Shown here: positions 8,622 to 16,294 of the stretch, one piece after another | How positions within the stretch are numbered: the first letter of the stretch is position 1 | How the letters are laid out: every line of letters begins with the position of its first letter | NCBI RefSeq assembly: GCF_001306055.1 | Contig: NZ_LGHJ01000017.1 | Location: 180,001-212,000, forward strand | Direction of reading: 5' to 3' | Length of the DNA: 32,000 nucleotides | Source: Bellilinea caldifistulae | GTDB lineage: Bacteria > Chloroflexota > Anaerolineae > Anaerolineales > Anaerolineaceae | Translations under genes and position numbers: made by a program | The notes under the pieces: model-generated | Database searches by the model: none | What the model saw: only the letters and a program-made list of their open reading frames with translations | Told to the model about the DNA's origin: nothing

Positions 8622-8655
8622 GAAATAAAAACGGGATGGGTCTCTTTCCCATCCC
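8622..8655 (-). terminator. Intrinsic terminator after the YceI-like gene
   Basis: GGGATGGG (8633-8640), a 7-nt loop, then CCCATCCC (8648-8655). On the reverse strand it is followed by GUUUUUAUUUC. Confidence 0.75.
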
Positions 8656-8690
8656 ATCCGGTATTCACCCCTTTTCCTCTTTCCAAAAAT

Positions 8691-9443
8691 TCACGGCCGG
8701 GCAACAAAATCAAAGGTCAGTTTGACCTGATCTTCCGTGTTCAACACACCCAGAATGGAGATTGGACCAACGCCAAAATCGCTCATCAAAATCGTCGTCG
8801 TAGCTTTTCCGGTCAGGGTTTCGCCCTGCAATTGCGCGGTGATTTCGAAGGCTACCTCACGGGTCACGTCTTTAACGGTCAAATTACCAATGACCCGAAA
8901 GGCATACGGCGTAGCCTCATTGTACGACTGAGGCAATCCTTCAACCCGCAACGGCTCAAAACGGGCAATCGGGTAGCGCGCCGATTCCAGCCATTGATTG
9001 CGAATCACCCCATCACGACGGGAAGAGTCCGACTTGAACTGGCTGATGTCCACCTCGATTACGCCGATGCTGCTCTCCGGCGGATTGGAAAGATTGGCGT
9101 ACACCTCACCGCGCACCTCCGTTGTCACGCCCACCGCAATCGCAAAGCGGTTATTTTGATTGATGAAGGTCTCACCAACTTCGTAGGTTACCCGAGACTC
9201 ACCCGGCACAATTTTGAAAACCCTGGTTTCGGCCTGCTCGCCCCCAGCCGGCTCAGCCTCGCTCGTTTCGGTGGGTTGTGGGTCGCTGGGCGCTGGCGTC
9301 GGCTCGACGACAGGCGGTGAGGTTGGAACGGCCGTTGGTGGATCTAATTCAGCGGTCGGTTCTGGAAGCGGGGTCGCGGCGGGTGCGCAGGCAGAGATAA
9401 TCAACAAAATCAAGACGAACCAGACAGTTACCTGTTTTTGCAT
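8691..9443 (-). CDS. YceI-like domain lipoprotein
   Basis: Signal peptide and lipobox (LLIISAC), a Pro/Thr-rich linker, then a YceI-type lipocalin-like domain (...RVTYEVGETF...GNLTVKDVTREVAFE...LTGKATTTILMSDFGV...). Confidence 0.8.
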   Translation of the reverse strand: MQKQVTVWFVLILLIISACAPAATPLPEPTAELDPPTAVPTSPPVVEPTPAPSDPQPTETSEAEPAGGEQAETRVFKIVPGESRVTYEVGETFINQNNRFAIAVGVTTEVRGEVYANLSNPPESSIGVIEVDISQFKSDSSRRDGVIRNQWLESARYPIARFEPLRVEGLPQSYNEATPYAFRVIGNLTVKDVTREVAFEITAQLQGETLTGKATTTILMSDFGVGPISILGVLNTEDQVKLTFDFVARP

Positions 9444-9494
9444 GGTTATACTCCTTCGGTTGGGACAAGGTTTTGTCCGTAATGGTCTGATACG

Positions 9495-9515
9495 ATAGGA
9501 TAAAGTTTATCCTAT
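9495..9515. promoter_or_regulatory. Perfect 10+1+10 palindrome ATAGGATAAA-g-TTTATCCTAT (operator candidate)
   Basis: Read directly from the sequence. It lies 52-72 nt upstream of the YceI-like start (9443) and 56 nt after the recR stop. Confidence 0.3.
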
Positions 9516-9570
9516 TAGTATTAATTCAACATGAAAATGAATAACCCCCGCCGGACAAAACCAACGGATG

Positions 9571-10191
9571 TCAGGAGCCCAATTCCTGCCGTCCGGCCAG
9601 AGCGCGCAGCAAAGTGTTTTGATCGGCGTACTCCAGATCTCCCCCCACCGGTAAACCACGCGCCAGACGGGTGATGCGCACCTTGCTATTGGCCAATTGC
9701 TGCTGAATATACAGTGCGGTAGCATCCCCCTCCATGCTGGGGTTGGTCGCCAGGATCACTTCCCTGACCTTGCCGCTTTTTACCCGTTCCAGCAGCGGTT
9801 TGATTTTCAAATCATCCGGCCCAATTCCCTCGATGGGAGAAAGCACGCCGTGCAAGACATGATAGCGCCCAAAGTAACCGGCCGTCCGTTCCAGCGCCAG
9901 CACATCCAACGGTTCTTCCACCACACAAATCACCCCCTCGTCGCGCTGGGGACTGGCGCAGATATCACACACCTCTTGACCGGCACGGGTGATATTGAAA
10001 CACACCTGACACAAACCGGTATCACTTTTCAGCGCCAGCAGCGCTTCGGCCAGCGAACGGGAAATCTCCTCCGGCGCTCGCAGCAGATAAAAGGTCAACC
10101 GCGAGGCAGTTTTTGGCCCAATGCCGGGTAAACGCTCAAAAGCCAGCGTCAAATTTTGAACAGCATCCGGTAAGATTGGCATTCCAACCAC
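9571..10191 (-). CDS. recR: Recombination protein RecR
   Basis: HhH motif LPGIGPKTASRLTFYLL, C4 zinc finger CQVCFNITRAGQEVCDIC and a Toprim domain. The track start at 10191 is GTG. ATG at 10182 (MPILPD...) gives a more typical N-terminal length. Confidence 0.9.
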   Translation of the reverse strand: MVGMPILPDAVQNLTLAFERLPGIGPKTASRLTFYLLRAPEEISRSLAEALLALKSDTGLCQVCFNITRAGQEVCDICASPQRDEGVICVVEEPLDVLALERTAGYFGRYHVLHGVLSPIEGIGPDDLKIKPLLERVKSGKVREVILATNPSMEGDATALYIQQQLANSKVRITRLARGLPVGGDLEYADQNTLLRALAGRQELGS

Positions 10192-10195
10192 TCAA

Positions 10196-10546
10196 TCAAA
10201 GACCCAAACCAGACAAACCGCCAGCCAACGGGCCCATGCGTTCCTCAGCCAGTTTTCGCGACTGCTCCAACGCCAGATTGACGCCGCTCAGCAGTAAATC
10301 CTGCAACATTTCCACATCGGCGTCTTTTAGGAGTTCAGGGTCAATTTCAATCGCCTTACAAACCTGCGCGCCGGTCATGGTAACCTTGACCGCCCCGCCG
10401 CCTACCGAAGCCGTAACGGTTTCCACCTCTAACTGAGCTTGCGCAGCTTCCATTTGCTCCTGCAACTTGCGAATCTGGGCCATCATTCCGCCGCCCATGC
10501 CGCCCGCCGGAGCAGCACCGCGATTAAATCCTTTTCCTTTTGCCAT
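10196..10546 (-). CDS. ybaB: Nucleoid-associated protein YbaB/EbfC
   Basis: 116 aa, family-typical (...QIRKLQEQMEAAQAQLE...V.ASVGGGAVKVTMTG...I.IDPELL...D.EMLQDL...). AAGGAGG upstream. It sits in the conserved position between dnaX and recR. Confidence 0.9.
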   Translation of the reverse strand: MAKGKGFNRGAAPAGGMGGGMMAQIRKLQEQMEAAQAQLEVETVTASVGGGAVKVTMTGAQVCKAIEIDPELLKDADVEMLQDLLLSGVNLALEQSRKLAEERMGPLAGGLSGLGL

Positions 10547-10583
10547 TCCTGCCTCCTTGATTTTCCTTTACTTTCAATTTCGA

Positions 10584-12245
10584 TTATTCCTTATGCACAA
10601 TTTTTCCACCAAGTCGTATTGCCGTGCTGACCATTCCATCCGCCTCAATATCGGCATCCAGTTGGATTTGACCGCCTTTACCCTGCACGACAATGCAGGC
10701 GATTTCGATTTCTACTCCCAACACATCCCGGATGGCTTTGCGGGTGATTTTCAAGTTATTGCCTTTTTCCATCATGGTTTTCAGCACTTCACTGCCAAAC
10801 CCCAGCTGAAGCACACCGTTTCGCATGGTGATGGACTTGCAGGAATTGAGCAGCCCATCCACCGGTGAACTTTGGGATTTAACCCGCTGGCGGATTTTTT
10901 GCCAGTTTTCGAGAATGGTTTGCAATTCCACTGCTGGGCTGTTTTGCGTGGGTGCAGACGGCTCAACAGCAGACGGCTCAGCCTGCATTTGTGAATCAGT
11001 GGGCCGCTCCGCAGACATTTCGGAGAGGGGCGATTGTCCGCCCGGCTTCGGGGCTGCCTCCGTTTTGGATACGGCGGCTTTATCGGCCTTTCCCACGCCG
11101 TGTGAAGCGGTTGGCGTGGAAACGGCTGGTTCAACTGTTCGACCCACTTCCTGTCCGGCAGGGGCGGAGCGCTCGCTGACCAGTTGCGCCAGGGCCATTT
11201 CCAGCGGCAAAGCCGGCTGCCAGGCACTCCGCTGATCGCTGGCAGCCAGATTGAAGGCCTGAACCGCATCCAGTAAAGCCGGGATCGTAAATCGGCGGGC
11301 ATGGTCGCTCATCTGAGCCTGCTGTTCTGGGGTAGCCTCGATCATGTCGCCATTGCCCAATCGTACCAACAGCACATTGCGGCAATAGTCCACCACCTGG
11401 CGGGCAAACTGGCGCGGGTCGCTTCCGCTATCCAGCGCCATATGAATGGTATTCAGCCCTCTGGCCGCATCCCGCTCCAACAGGGCTTCCACCAGTTCAA
11501 TGACGGCTTGACCGGCAGCCGTCCCCAGCACCTGCTGGGCATCCGCCAGCCGGATTGGCCCACCTGTAGAGGCCAGTTGATCCAGCAGCGAAATGGCGTC
11601 CCGCAGACTGCCGGTTGCCTGACGGGCAATCAAGGTCAGGGTTTCCTCATCCACATCCACCTTCTCCTGCCGACATAAGTGTTGCAGATGCTGCACAATC
11701 AACCTGACCGGGATGCGGCGGAATTCATGCCGCTGGCAGCGGGAAAGCACGGTTGCCGGTATTTTGTGAATTTCGGTCGTCGCCAGAATGAAAATCGCAT
11801 GTGGCGGCGGCTCTTCCAATGTCTTGAGCAGGGCGTTAAAAGCCGCCGTGGAGAGCATGTGAACTTCATCAATGATGTAGACCTTGTATTTGCCCTGAGT
11901 GGGAGCAAAATTGATCTTGTCGCGCAGATCACGCACATCATCCACGCTGGTGTTGGAGGCAGCGTCTATCTCGATCAGGTCGAGAAAACGACCGTTATTG
12001 ACCGCCTGACAATGCTCACAACGATCACACGGTCGTTCCGCTGGCGATTCGGCAAGACAATTTACCGCCTTGGCCAGCAGACGAGCGGTGGTGGTTTTAC
12101 CGGTACCGCGCGGCCCGGCAAACAGATAGGCGTGTCCCACCCGCTCGCCGCGAATGGCGTTTTGCAGGGTTTGGACGACATGATCCTGCCCGACTACCTG
12201 ATCCCACAGGCGGGGACGCCACTTTCGATACAATGCTTGAGACAT
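10584..12245 (-). CDS. dnaX: DNA polymerase III subunit gamma/tau
   Basis: MSQALYRKWRPRLWDQVVGQ..., Walker A GPRGTGKTT, DEVHML, SRCQ and a Zn module CDRCEHC. I place the start at ATG 12245 rather than the track's 12308, because 12259..12675 is a separate upstream gene whose stop lies at 12259. Confidence 0.9.
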   Translation of the reverse strand: MSQALYRKWRPRLWDQVVGQDHVVQTLQNAIRGERVGHAYLFAGPRGTGKTTTARLLAKAVNCLAESPAERPCDRCEHCQAVNNGRFLDLIEIDAASNTSVDDVRDLRDKINFAPTQGKYKVYIIDEVHMLSTAAFNALLKTLEEPPPHAIFILATTEIHKIPATVLSRCQRHEFRRIPVRLIVQHLQHLCRQEKVDVDEETLTLIARQATGSLRDAISLLDQLASTGGPIRLADAQQVLGTAAGQAVIELVEALLERDAARGLNTIHMALDSGSDPRQFARQVVDYCRNVLLVRLGNGDMIEATPEQQAQMSDHARRFTIPALLDAVQAFNLAASDQRSAWQPALPLEMALAQLVSERSAPAGQEVGRTVEPAVSTPTASHGVGKADKAAVSKTEAAPKPGGQSPLSEMSAERPTDSQMQAEPSAVEPSAPTQNSPAVELQTILENWQKIRQRVKSQSSPVDGLLNSCKSITMRNGVLQLGFGSEVLKTMMEKGNNLKITRKAIRDVLGVEIEIACIVVQGKGGQIQLDADIEADGMVSTAIRLGGKIVHKE

Positions 12246-12258
12246 GGTAACCTGCTTT

Positions 12259-12675
12259 TCAAGGGTTCTGGTCTTGAACGGACTGCGCCCGTTCCAATTC
12301 TCGTTCAAACTTCAAAGGCGGCACATGAAAATGATCCGAGGGCGCCCCTAAATTGTACCGGAAAATTCGCCGGTTCAAGCGGTCAATTTGGTTTTTCACC
12401 CAATCCATTCTGGCGATTGGATTGCCCTGCCGGTACAACTGGGCAAATTGAGTGCGAAATTGTTGTACTTCGCTTTCAATTTCTTTGCGTTCTTCCAGCC
12501 ACGGCAAACTGAAGCCGTTCCGTCGCAGCAGTGAAAATGCCATGCGCCATTCGGCGGGTTCAAAAGGATTTTCCTCCCATTGTAACGGTTTACCTTTGCC
12601 GGGCAAATTGTCCCATTGACCGCTTTCGATTGCCGAGCGAATTTTTTGTTCGGCGATCCACTCCCAAACGTTCAT
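12259..12675 (-). CDS. DUF1992 (DnaJ-C28-like) domain protein
   Basis: N-terminus WIAEQKIRSAIESGQWDNLPGKGKPL is the hallmark of this family. Confidence 0.75.
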   Translation of the reverse strand: MNVWEWIAEQKIRSAIESGQWDNLPGKGKPLQWEENPFEPAEWRMAFSLLRRNGFSLPWLEERKEIESEVQQFRTQFAQLYRQGNPIARMDWVKNQIDRLNRRIFRYNLGAPSDHFHVPPLKFERELERAQSVQDQNP

Positions 12676-12697
12676 ATACTTCTACCTGCCATCTCAT

Positions 12698-13219
12698 TTA
12701 CGGTAAGGTATAAGCAGCTCGCAGGTTGCCCTGCCAGTCATATAAGGAAACCACATCACCGCTGCGGAACACGGCCTGATTCGCCCCCCAGTACAGCTCC
12801 ATGACGGTATTATTGCCCGCCCGGCTGTACAGGCGGACGGCGCCGTTCTTGTTCAGCAACAGGTAAGGGAAAGTGTACTCCGCTCCGCGTCCATTGGTGA
12901 GTTTCCAGCCGGTCAGCAGCAGCTCGCCTTCACCAACCCGCCTAAGCAGGACAGCCTCGTTCTGCAAATCGCCTGCACCGATAACCGTTTCAATCAGAAT
13001 TACCGGCTCCTCCAACGGAGGCAAAGTAGCCTCACCCCCCGGCTGAGGCTGCGGGGAGCTCAAAGCCGAAGGAATGCCACCGCTGCCCGCCACACTGACC
13101 GGCAAAGGCTGGACAGGACGCAGGTTACGGTCCCACAACAACAGAACCGTCAGCGTGGTAGCCGCCGATATGATGATATTCAGGATCAGAAAAGGAATGA
13201 CTCGCTTCCAGCTTTTCAT
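12698..13219 (-). CDS. Membrane-anchored lamin-tail-domain (LTD)-like protein
   Basis: One N-terminal TM helix, a Pro-rich linker and a C-terminal ~100 aa with the LTD pattern (VLLRRVGEGELLLTGWKLTNGRGAEYTFP...GAVRLYS). Confidence 0.55.
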   Translation of the reverse strand: MKSWKRVIPFLILNIIISAATTLTVLLLWDRNLRPVQPLPVSVAGSGGIPSALSSPQPQPGGEATLPPLEEPVILIETVIGAGDLQNEAVLLRRVGEGELLLTGWKLTNGRGAEYTFPYLLLNKNGAVRLYSRAGNNTVMELYWGANQAVFRSGDVVSLYDWQGNLRAAYTLP

Positions 13220-13323
13220 ATGTAAAAAAGAAAGGTACTTCTTTTAACGATGGGATGAAGGTTATCCGTTGCATAGAATCATAGCATACTTTTCCGGTAA
13301 AATGAGGATAGAGGAAGCACCCA

Positions 13324-13800
13324 ATGCCCTATTTGATTGACGGTCACAACCTGATCCCTCGCATCGGCGGCCTGCGGCTGGACAACCCGGATGACGAACA
13401 GCGTTTGATTCGCCTGCTGCAGGCCTTTGCTGCGACCCGTCGGCAAAAAATTGAGGTGTTCTTTGATCGCGCCATGCTGGGCAGAGCCGGCCCGCAGACC
13501 TTTGGACAGGTAACCGCGTATTTTGTGGTACGCGGTTCCAGCGCCGACGCCGCCATTGCCGCCCGCCTGAAACAACTGGGGAATTCGGCAGCCGGCTGGA
13601 CGGTGGTCAGCTCTGACCATGAGGTTCAGGCGGCAGCCCGCCGCAGCCGAGCGCGCTTCGTTTCCAGTGAAGAATTTGCCGCTCAACTCATCAACAGCCA
13701 GCGCCGGCCTCCGCAGGAGGAAAAGCCCCAGCCCAGTGCAGCCGAAGTGGATGAAATGCTGCGCCTGTTTCGGAAAAAAGGCGGACGAAAATCGGACTGA
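13324..13800 (+). CDS. NYN/YacP-like predicted RNA-binding or ribonuclease domain protein
   Basis: MPYLIDGHNLI...VFFD...V.F......ADAAI.......VVSSDHEVQ matches the YacP (DUF901) NYN pattern. Confidence 0.7.
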   Translation: MPYLIDGHNLIPRIGGLRLDNPDDEQRLIRLLQAFAATRRQKIEVFFDRAMLGRAGPQTFGQVTAYFVVRGSSADAAIAARLKQLGNSAAGWTVVSSDHEVQAAARRSRARFVSSEEFAAQLINSQRRPPQEEKPQPSAAEVDEMLRLFRKKGGRKSD

Positions 13801-13862
13801 ATTTTAAGAAAACTCTTATAGATTTTTAATACAATTTGGACAAAATTAGTGTATATTAGCAA

Positions 13863-14000
13863 TGACACCAACACTTACTGGTAGATGGTGTCAATCCACC
13901 GAACAGGCGGTTCAGCGTGTCCCCCCCACGTTGAATCACAACCCTGAGGTGGAGTTCCCTCCCTGAGGATCGGCAGGCGTGTCCCCCCCACGCCTGCCGG
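13863..14000 (+). ncRNA. Structured element of unknown class: three hairpins, two with identical C-rich apical loops (candidate sRNA or REP-like repeat)
   Basis: HP1 is TGACACCA (13863-13870) / TGGTGTCA (13886-13893). HP2 is TTCAGCGTG (13911-13919), loop TCCCCCC, CACGTTGAA (13927-13935). HP3 is CGGCAGGCGTG (13971-13981), loop TCCCCCC, CACGCCTGCCG (13989-13999). The 16-mer GCGTGTCCCCCCCACG occurs twice, and CCCTGAGG occurs twice between the hairpins (13942, 13961). An AT-rich stretch with TATATT lies just upstream. Strand and transcript status are not established. Confidence 0.3.
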
Positions 14001-14027
14001 TTCGTTTACGCCAAAGGCGCAATTCTC

Positions 14028-14056
14028 TTGCCACTCCCTTTTTGCAATGCTATAAT
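14028..14056 (+). promoter_or_regulatory. Sigma-70-type promoter of tRNA-Arg
   Basis: TTGCCA (14028-14033), a 17-nt spacer, then TATAAT (14051-14056), 14 nt before the tRNA 5' end. Confidence 0.6.
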
Positions 14057-14070
14057 CCCCTCTGAATGAC

Positions 14071-14147
14071 GCCCCCGTAGCTCAAAAGGACAGAGCGAGG
14101 CACTCCTAACGCCGAGGTTGTGGGTTCGACTCCCGCCGGGGGCACCA
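14071..14147 (+). tRNA. tRNA-Arg (anticodon CCU), CCA encoded
   Basis: Hand-folded cloverleaf. Acceptor GCCCCCG/CGGGGGC, D arm GCTC..GAGC with GG in the loop, anticodon loop CTCCTAA, T arm GTGGG-TTCGACT-CCCGC, discriminator A, then CCA. The anticodon stem has only 3 Watson-Crick pairs, flanked by A-C and A-G. Confidence 0.8.
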
Positions 14148-14158
14148 GGCAGAAAAGA

Positions 14159-14186
14159 AAAACCCCGCTTTGTGCGGGGTTTATTT
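14159..14186. terminator. Bidirectional intrinsic terminator between tRNA-Arg and the convergent 14210..14572 gene
   Basis: AAACCCCGC, loop TTTGT, GCGGGGTTT. It is followed by ATTTTG on the plus strand and by UUUUUCUUUUCU on the reverse strand. Confidence 0.75.
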
Positions 14187-14209
14187 TGAACGGTTGAACC
14201 CGGGTTTGG

Positions 14210-14572
14210 TTAACTGCCGAACTCGCCGCCCTCTTCGTCGTCATCGAGATCAATTTCGATCTCGGTCTCTTCATGCTTGCGGCGTACCCATAGCAACAAC
14301 ACCTGTCCCTGTTCGGTTTCCACCGACTGAGCCGCCATGATCGGCACACGCTCTTCCATCCCCAGCGGGTTTCGGTAGTGCAGGTAAATGTGGTTTTGTT
14401 TATGCCATGCCCGATGGCAACGTTCAACCAGGGCCGCGCCGTTGAAGGTGCGCAGGCGGGTCAATGCCAGATCGTACAACGACGGACTTTCATTCAGTCC
14501 CAACGCCCAGCCGTCGTCAATGGTTTCAAAATCGGGGGTCGGCCCTTCAATAATTGTGATTCGATCGTCCAT
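14210..14572 (-). CDS. Hypothetical protein with acidic C-terminal tail
   Basis: 120-aa ORF with plausible composition, ending EIEIDLDDDEEGGEFGS and followed by a strong terminator. No family recognised. Confidence 0.6.
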   Translation of the reverse strand: MDDRITIIEGPTPDFETIDDGWALGLNESPSLYDLALTRLRTFNGAALVERCHRAWHKQNHIYLHYRNPLGMEERVPIMAAQSVETEQGQVLLLWVRRKHEETEIEIDLDDDEEGGEFGS

Positions 14573-14772
14573 TTTTTCTTACTCCAAGCCGCAATCATAC
14601 CACAATTTTCGTTTACAGGCTTTTCAATTTTACAAGGTTGCCAGGGGGATTAAAGATTTTTCCAGGCATACTAATAAAAGTTTTACATTCTTCTGATCAA
14701 ATATCAATAAAAAATATCTAAAATCGGCGTATAACCTCAAACAGAGGTAACGATTCAAACCGGAGGATTGAA

Positions 14773-15192
14773 ATGAGCATTTACTGGATTAACCCGTATG
14801 CCCGGCGTATGGCCCGCCGCCATTGGATGGAACGGCTGAATGAAGAATGGCCGTCCGAACAGGGAGAAGTGATTTTCCCGGTGGATGTACTGGCGAATGA
14901 GAACGGCTACACTATCACCGCTTTACTGCCCGGCGTCAAAGCCGAAGACCTCAATATCCAGGTGGTGGACAACCGTGTGTCCATTCAGGGGACGCTCAAA
15001 ATTGAACGCGACGAAAAAGCCGAATACCTGCTCGCCGAACTTCCCAGCGGTCGCTTTTGCAAGACGATTGACCTGCCTGAAGCCGTGGATTCCAACAAAG
15101 CGGAAGCCAGCCTGAAGGACGGTGTGCTGACCCTGTTTGTCCCCAAAGCCGAACACGTCCGTCCGAAAACAATCAAAGTAACTGCACGCTAA
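14773..15192 (+). CDS. Small heat-shock protein (Hsp20/alpha-crystallin family)
   Basis: Alpha-crystallin domain (DVLANENGYTITALLPGVKAEDLNIQV...RF.KTIDLP..VD...A.A.LKDGVLTLFVPK). GGAGGA lies 5 nt before the ATG. Confidence 0.9.
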   Translation: MSIYWINPYARRMARRHWMERLNEEWPSEQGEVIFPVDVLANENGYTITALLPGVKAEDLNIQVVDNRVSIQGTLKIERDEKAEYLLAELPSGRFCKTIDLPEAVDSNKAEASLKDGVLTLFVPKAEHVRPKTIKVTAR

Positions 15193-15202
15193 ATTGCCCG
15201 CA

Positions 15203-15247
15203 ACGAAACAGCCGCCTCTTTACTGGAAGGAGAGGCGGCTGTTTCGT
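15203..15247 (+). terminator. Long hairpin after hsp20
   Basis: 17-nt perfect arms ACGAAACAGCCGCCTCT (15203-15219) and AGAGGCGGCTGTTTCGT (15231-15247). There is no clear U-tract beyond the stem. Confidence 0.55.
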
Positions 15248-15260
15248 GTACAATTAAAGG

Positions 15261-16043
15261 GTGATTCCAAAGGATTTACTCCTATACCTCGAAGGCTTGC
15301 CGCTGCCGGAAGTGCGTTTCTACGCTGAAACCGGCTCGACCAATCAGGATGCCCTGGACTGGGCGGCTCAAGGTGCGCCTGAATTGGCCCTCGTAGTTGC
15401 CGATCATCAAACTGCCGGGCGCGGCCGGTTTAGCCGGCAATGGTTCACCCCGCCCGGAGCAGCGTTGGCTTTCAGCATCGTGCTTCGACCGGTTCAGGTC
15501 TCCACGGCTCACATTCCCCTCTATTCCCCACTGGGAGCCTTGAGCGTGGTGCAGGCGCTGGAAAATGCTTATCATCTGAAGCCGCAAATCAAGTGGCCCA
15601 ACGACGTTCTCCTGAACGACCGCAAGGTTTGCGGTGTGCTGGCCGAAGCGCTCTGGCAGGGCGAGGCTTTGCAAGCGATTGTGCTGGGGATCGGCATTAA
15701 TGTTGCACCCTCCTCAGTGCCGCCCGCCGATCAAATCCTCTTTCCCGCCACCTGTGTTGACGAAGCCGTCGGCAGGTCAATCAACCGTTGGGAATTGCTG
15801 GCAAAGGTCCTGAAAGTCCTATTGGAATGGCACGGTAAAATTACCACTTCTGCGTTTTTCGCCGAGTGGCAAAAACGGCTGGCTTTTGTCGGTCAAATGG
15901 TGCGGCTGGAAAACCCCGGCGGCGATTCTTTTGAAAGTCTGTTACTCGGTGTCCATACCAACGGACATCTACGCCTGCAATTGGATGACGGCAGCGAAAG
16001 AAGTTTCGCCATCGGCGATTTGAAATTAAGGCCGCTCTCCTGA
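15261..16043 (+). CDS. birA: Biotin--[acetyl-CoA-carboxylase] ligase (group I, no HTH domain)
   Basis: Biotin loop TAGRGRFSRQW, KWPNDVLL..RKVCGVL and GIGINV. GTG start. Confidence 0.85.
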   Translation: MIPKDLLLYLEGLPLPEVRFYAETGSTNQDALDWAAQGAPELALVVADHQTAGRGRFSRQWFTPPGAALAFSIVLRPVQVSTAHIPLYSPLGALSVVQALENAYHLKPQIKWPNDVLLNDRKVCGVLAEALWQGEALQAIVLGIGINVAPSSVPPADQILFPATCVDEAVGRSINRWELLAKVLKVLLEWHGKITTSAFFAEWQKRLAFVGQMVRLENPGGDSFESLLLGVHTNGHLRLQLDDGSERSFAIGDLKLRPLS

Positions 16044-16069
16044 CCGTCTTTCTGAATCGGAGGTTTTGA

Positions 16070-16291
16070 ATGTTAGACGACTTGCGCAATTCGGCTTTTC
16101 AAGAATTACCGGAGGAAGAAGACCAGACCCCCCTGCTGGAACAAATCAAACCCACTCGCACCATAGCAGCCAGGCGAACATTTTTAGGGATGACCGCCCC
16201 CCAGCGGTTTGTCATCGCCGTATTGCTGCTGCTCATGACCTGTGTCTTGGGAGTCCTTTGTCTGGTGCTTACCGGGCGGGTTTGGGTTTAG
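16070..16291 (+). CDS. Small single-pass membrane protein, hypothetical
   Basis: 73 aa with an acidic N-terminus and one hydrophobic helix (FVIAVLLLLMTCVLGVLCLVL). GGAGG lies 7 nt upstream. Confidence 0.5.
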   Translation: MLDDLRNSAFQELPEEEDQTPLLEQIKPTRTIAARRTFLGMTAPQRFVIAVLLLLMTCVLGVLCLVLTGRVWV

Positions 16292-16294
16292 GCC

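Noticed and set aside
8592-9320. 242-aa plus-strand ORF
   Set aside because: It lies antisense to the YceI-like lipoprotein gene and starts inside that gene's terminator region. Arg/Gly-rich shadow ORF.
10781-11302. 173-aa reverse-strand ORF in an alternative frame inside dnaX
   Set aside because: It lies fully within the low-complexity tau linker region of dnaX. It is Pro/Arg/Trp-rich with no start context.
10584-12245. Possible dnaX gamma/tau frameshift site (A-run CAAAAAATC near 10890)
   Set aside because: The A-run is not in X-XXY-YYZ register. It also lies in the extreme C-terminal domain, far beyond where gamma is produced in known systems.
11679-12512. 277-aa plus-strand ORF
   Set aside because: It lies antisense to the dnaX ATPase domain and the DUF1992 gene. 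A typical GC-rich shadow ORF.
12246-12700. SRP (4.5S) RNA, which often sits directly upstream of dnaX
   Set aside because: The upstream space is occupied by a protein-coding DUF1992 gene only 13 nt away. No GGAA/AGCA domain IV motif was seen there or in the 13.86-14.0 kb structured element.
13862-13966. 34-codon ORF (MTPTLTGRWCQSTEQAVQRVPPTLNHNPEVEFPP) inside the hairpin element
   Set aside because: There is no Shine-Dalgarno sequence. The ORF simply spans the hairpin arms, so an RNA or DNA structural role explains the sequence better.
14573-14772. Heat-shock control elements upstream of hsp20 (CIRCE, HAIR, ROSE or fourU RNA thermometer)
   Set aside because: No TTAGCACTC-N9-GAGTGCTAA-like inverted repeat is present. 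The only anti-SD candidate is CCUC (14735-14738), which can pair with GAGG (14744-14747) or with the SD GGAGG (14762-14766). Four base pairs are too weak to claim a thermometer.
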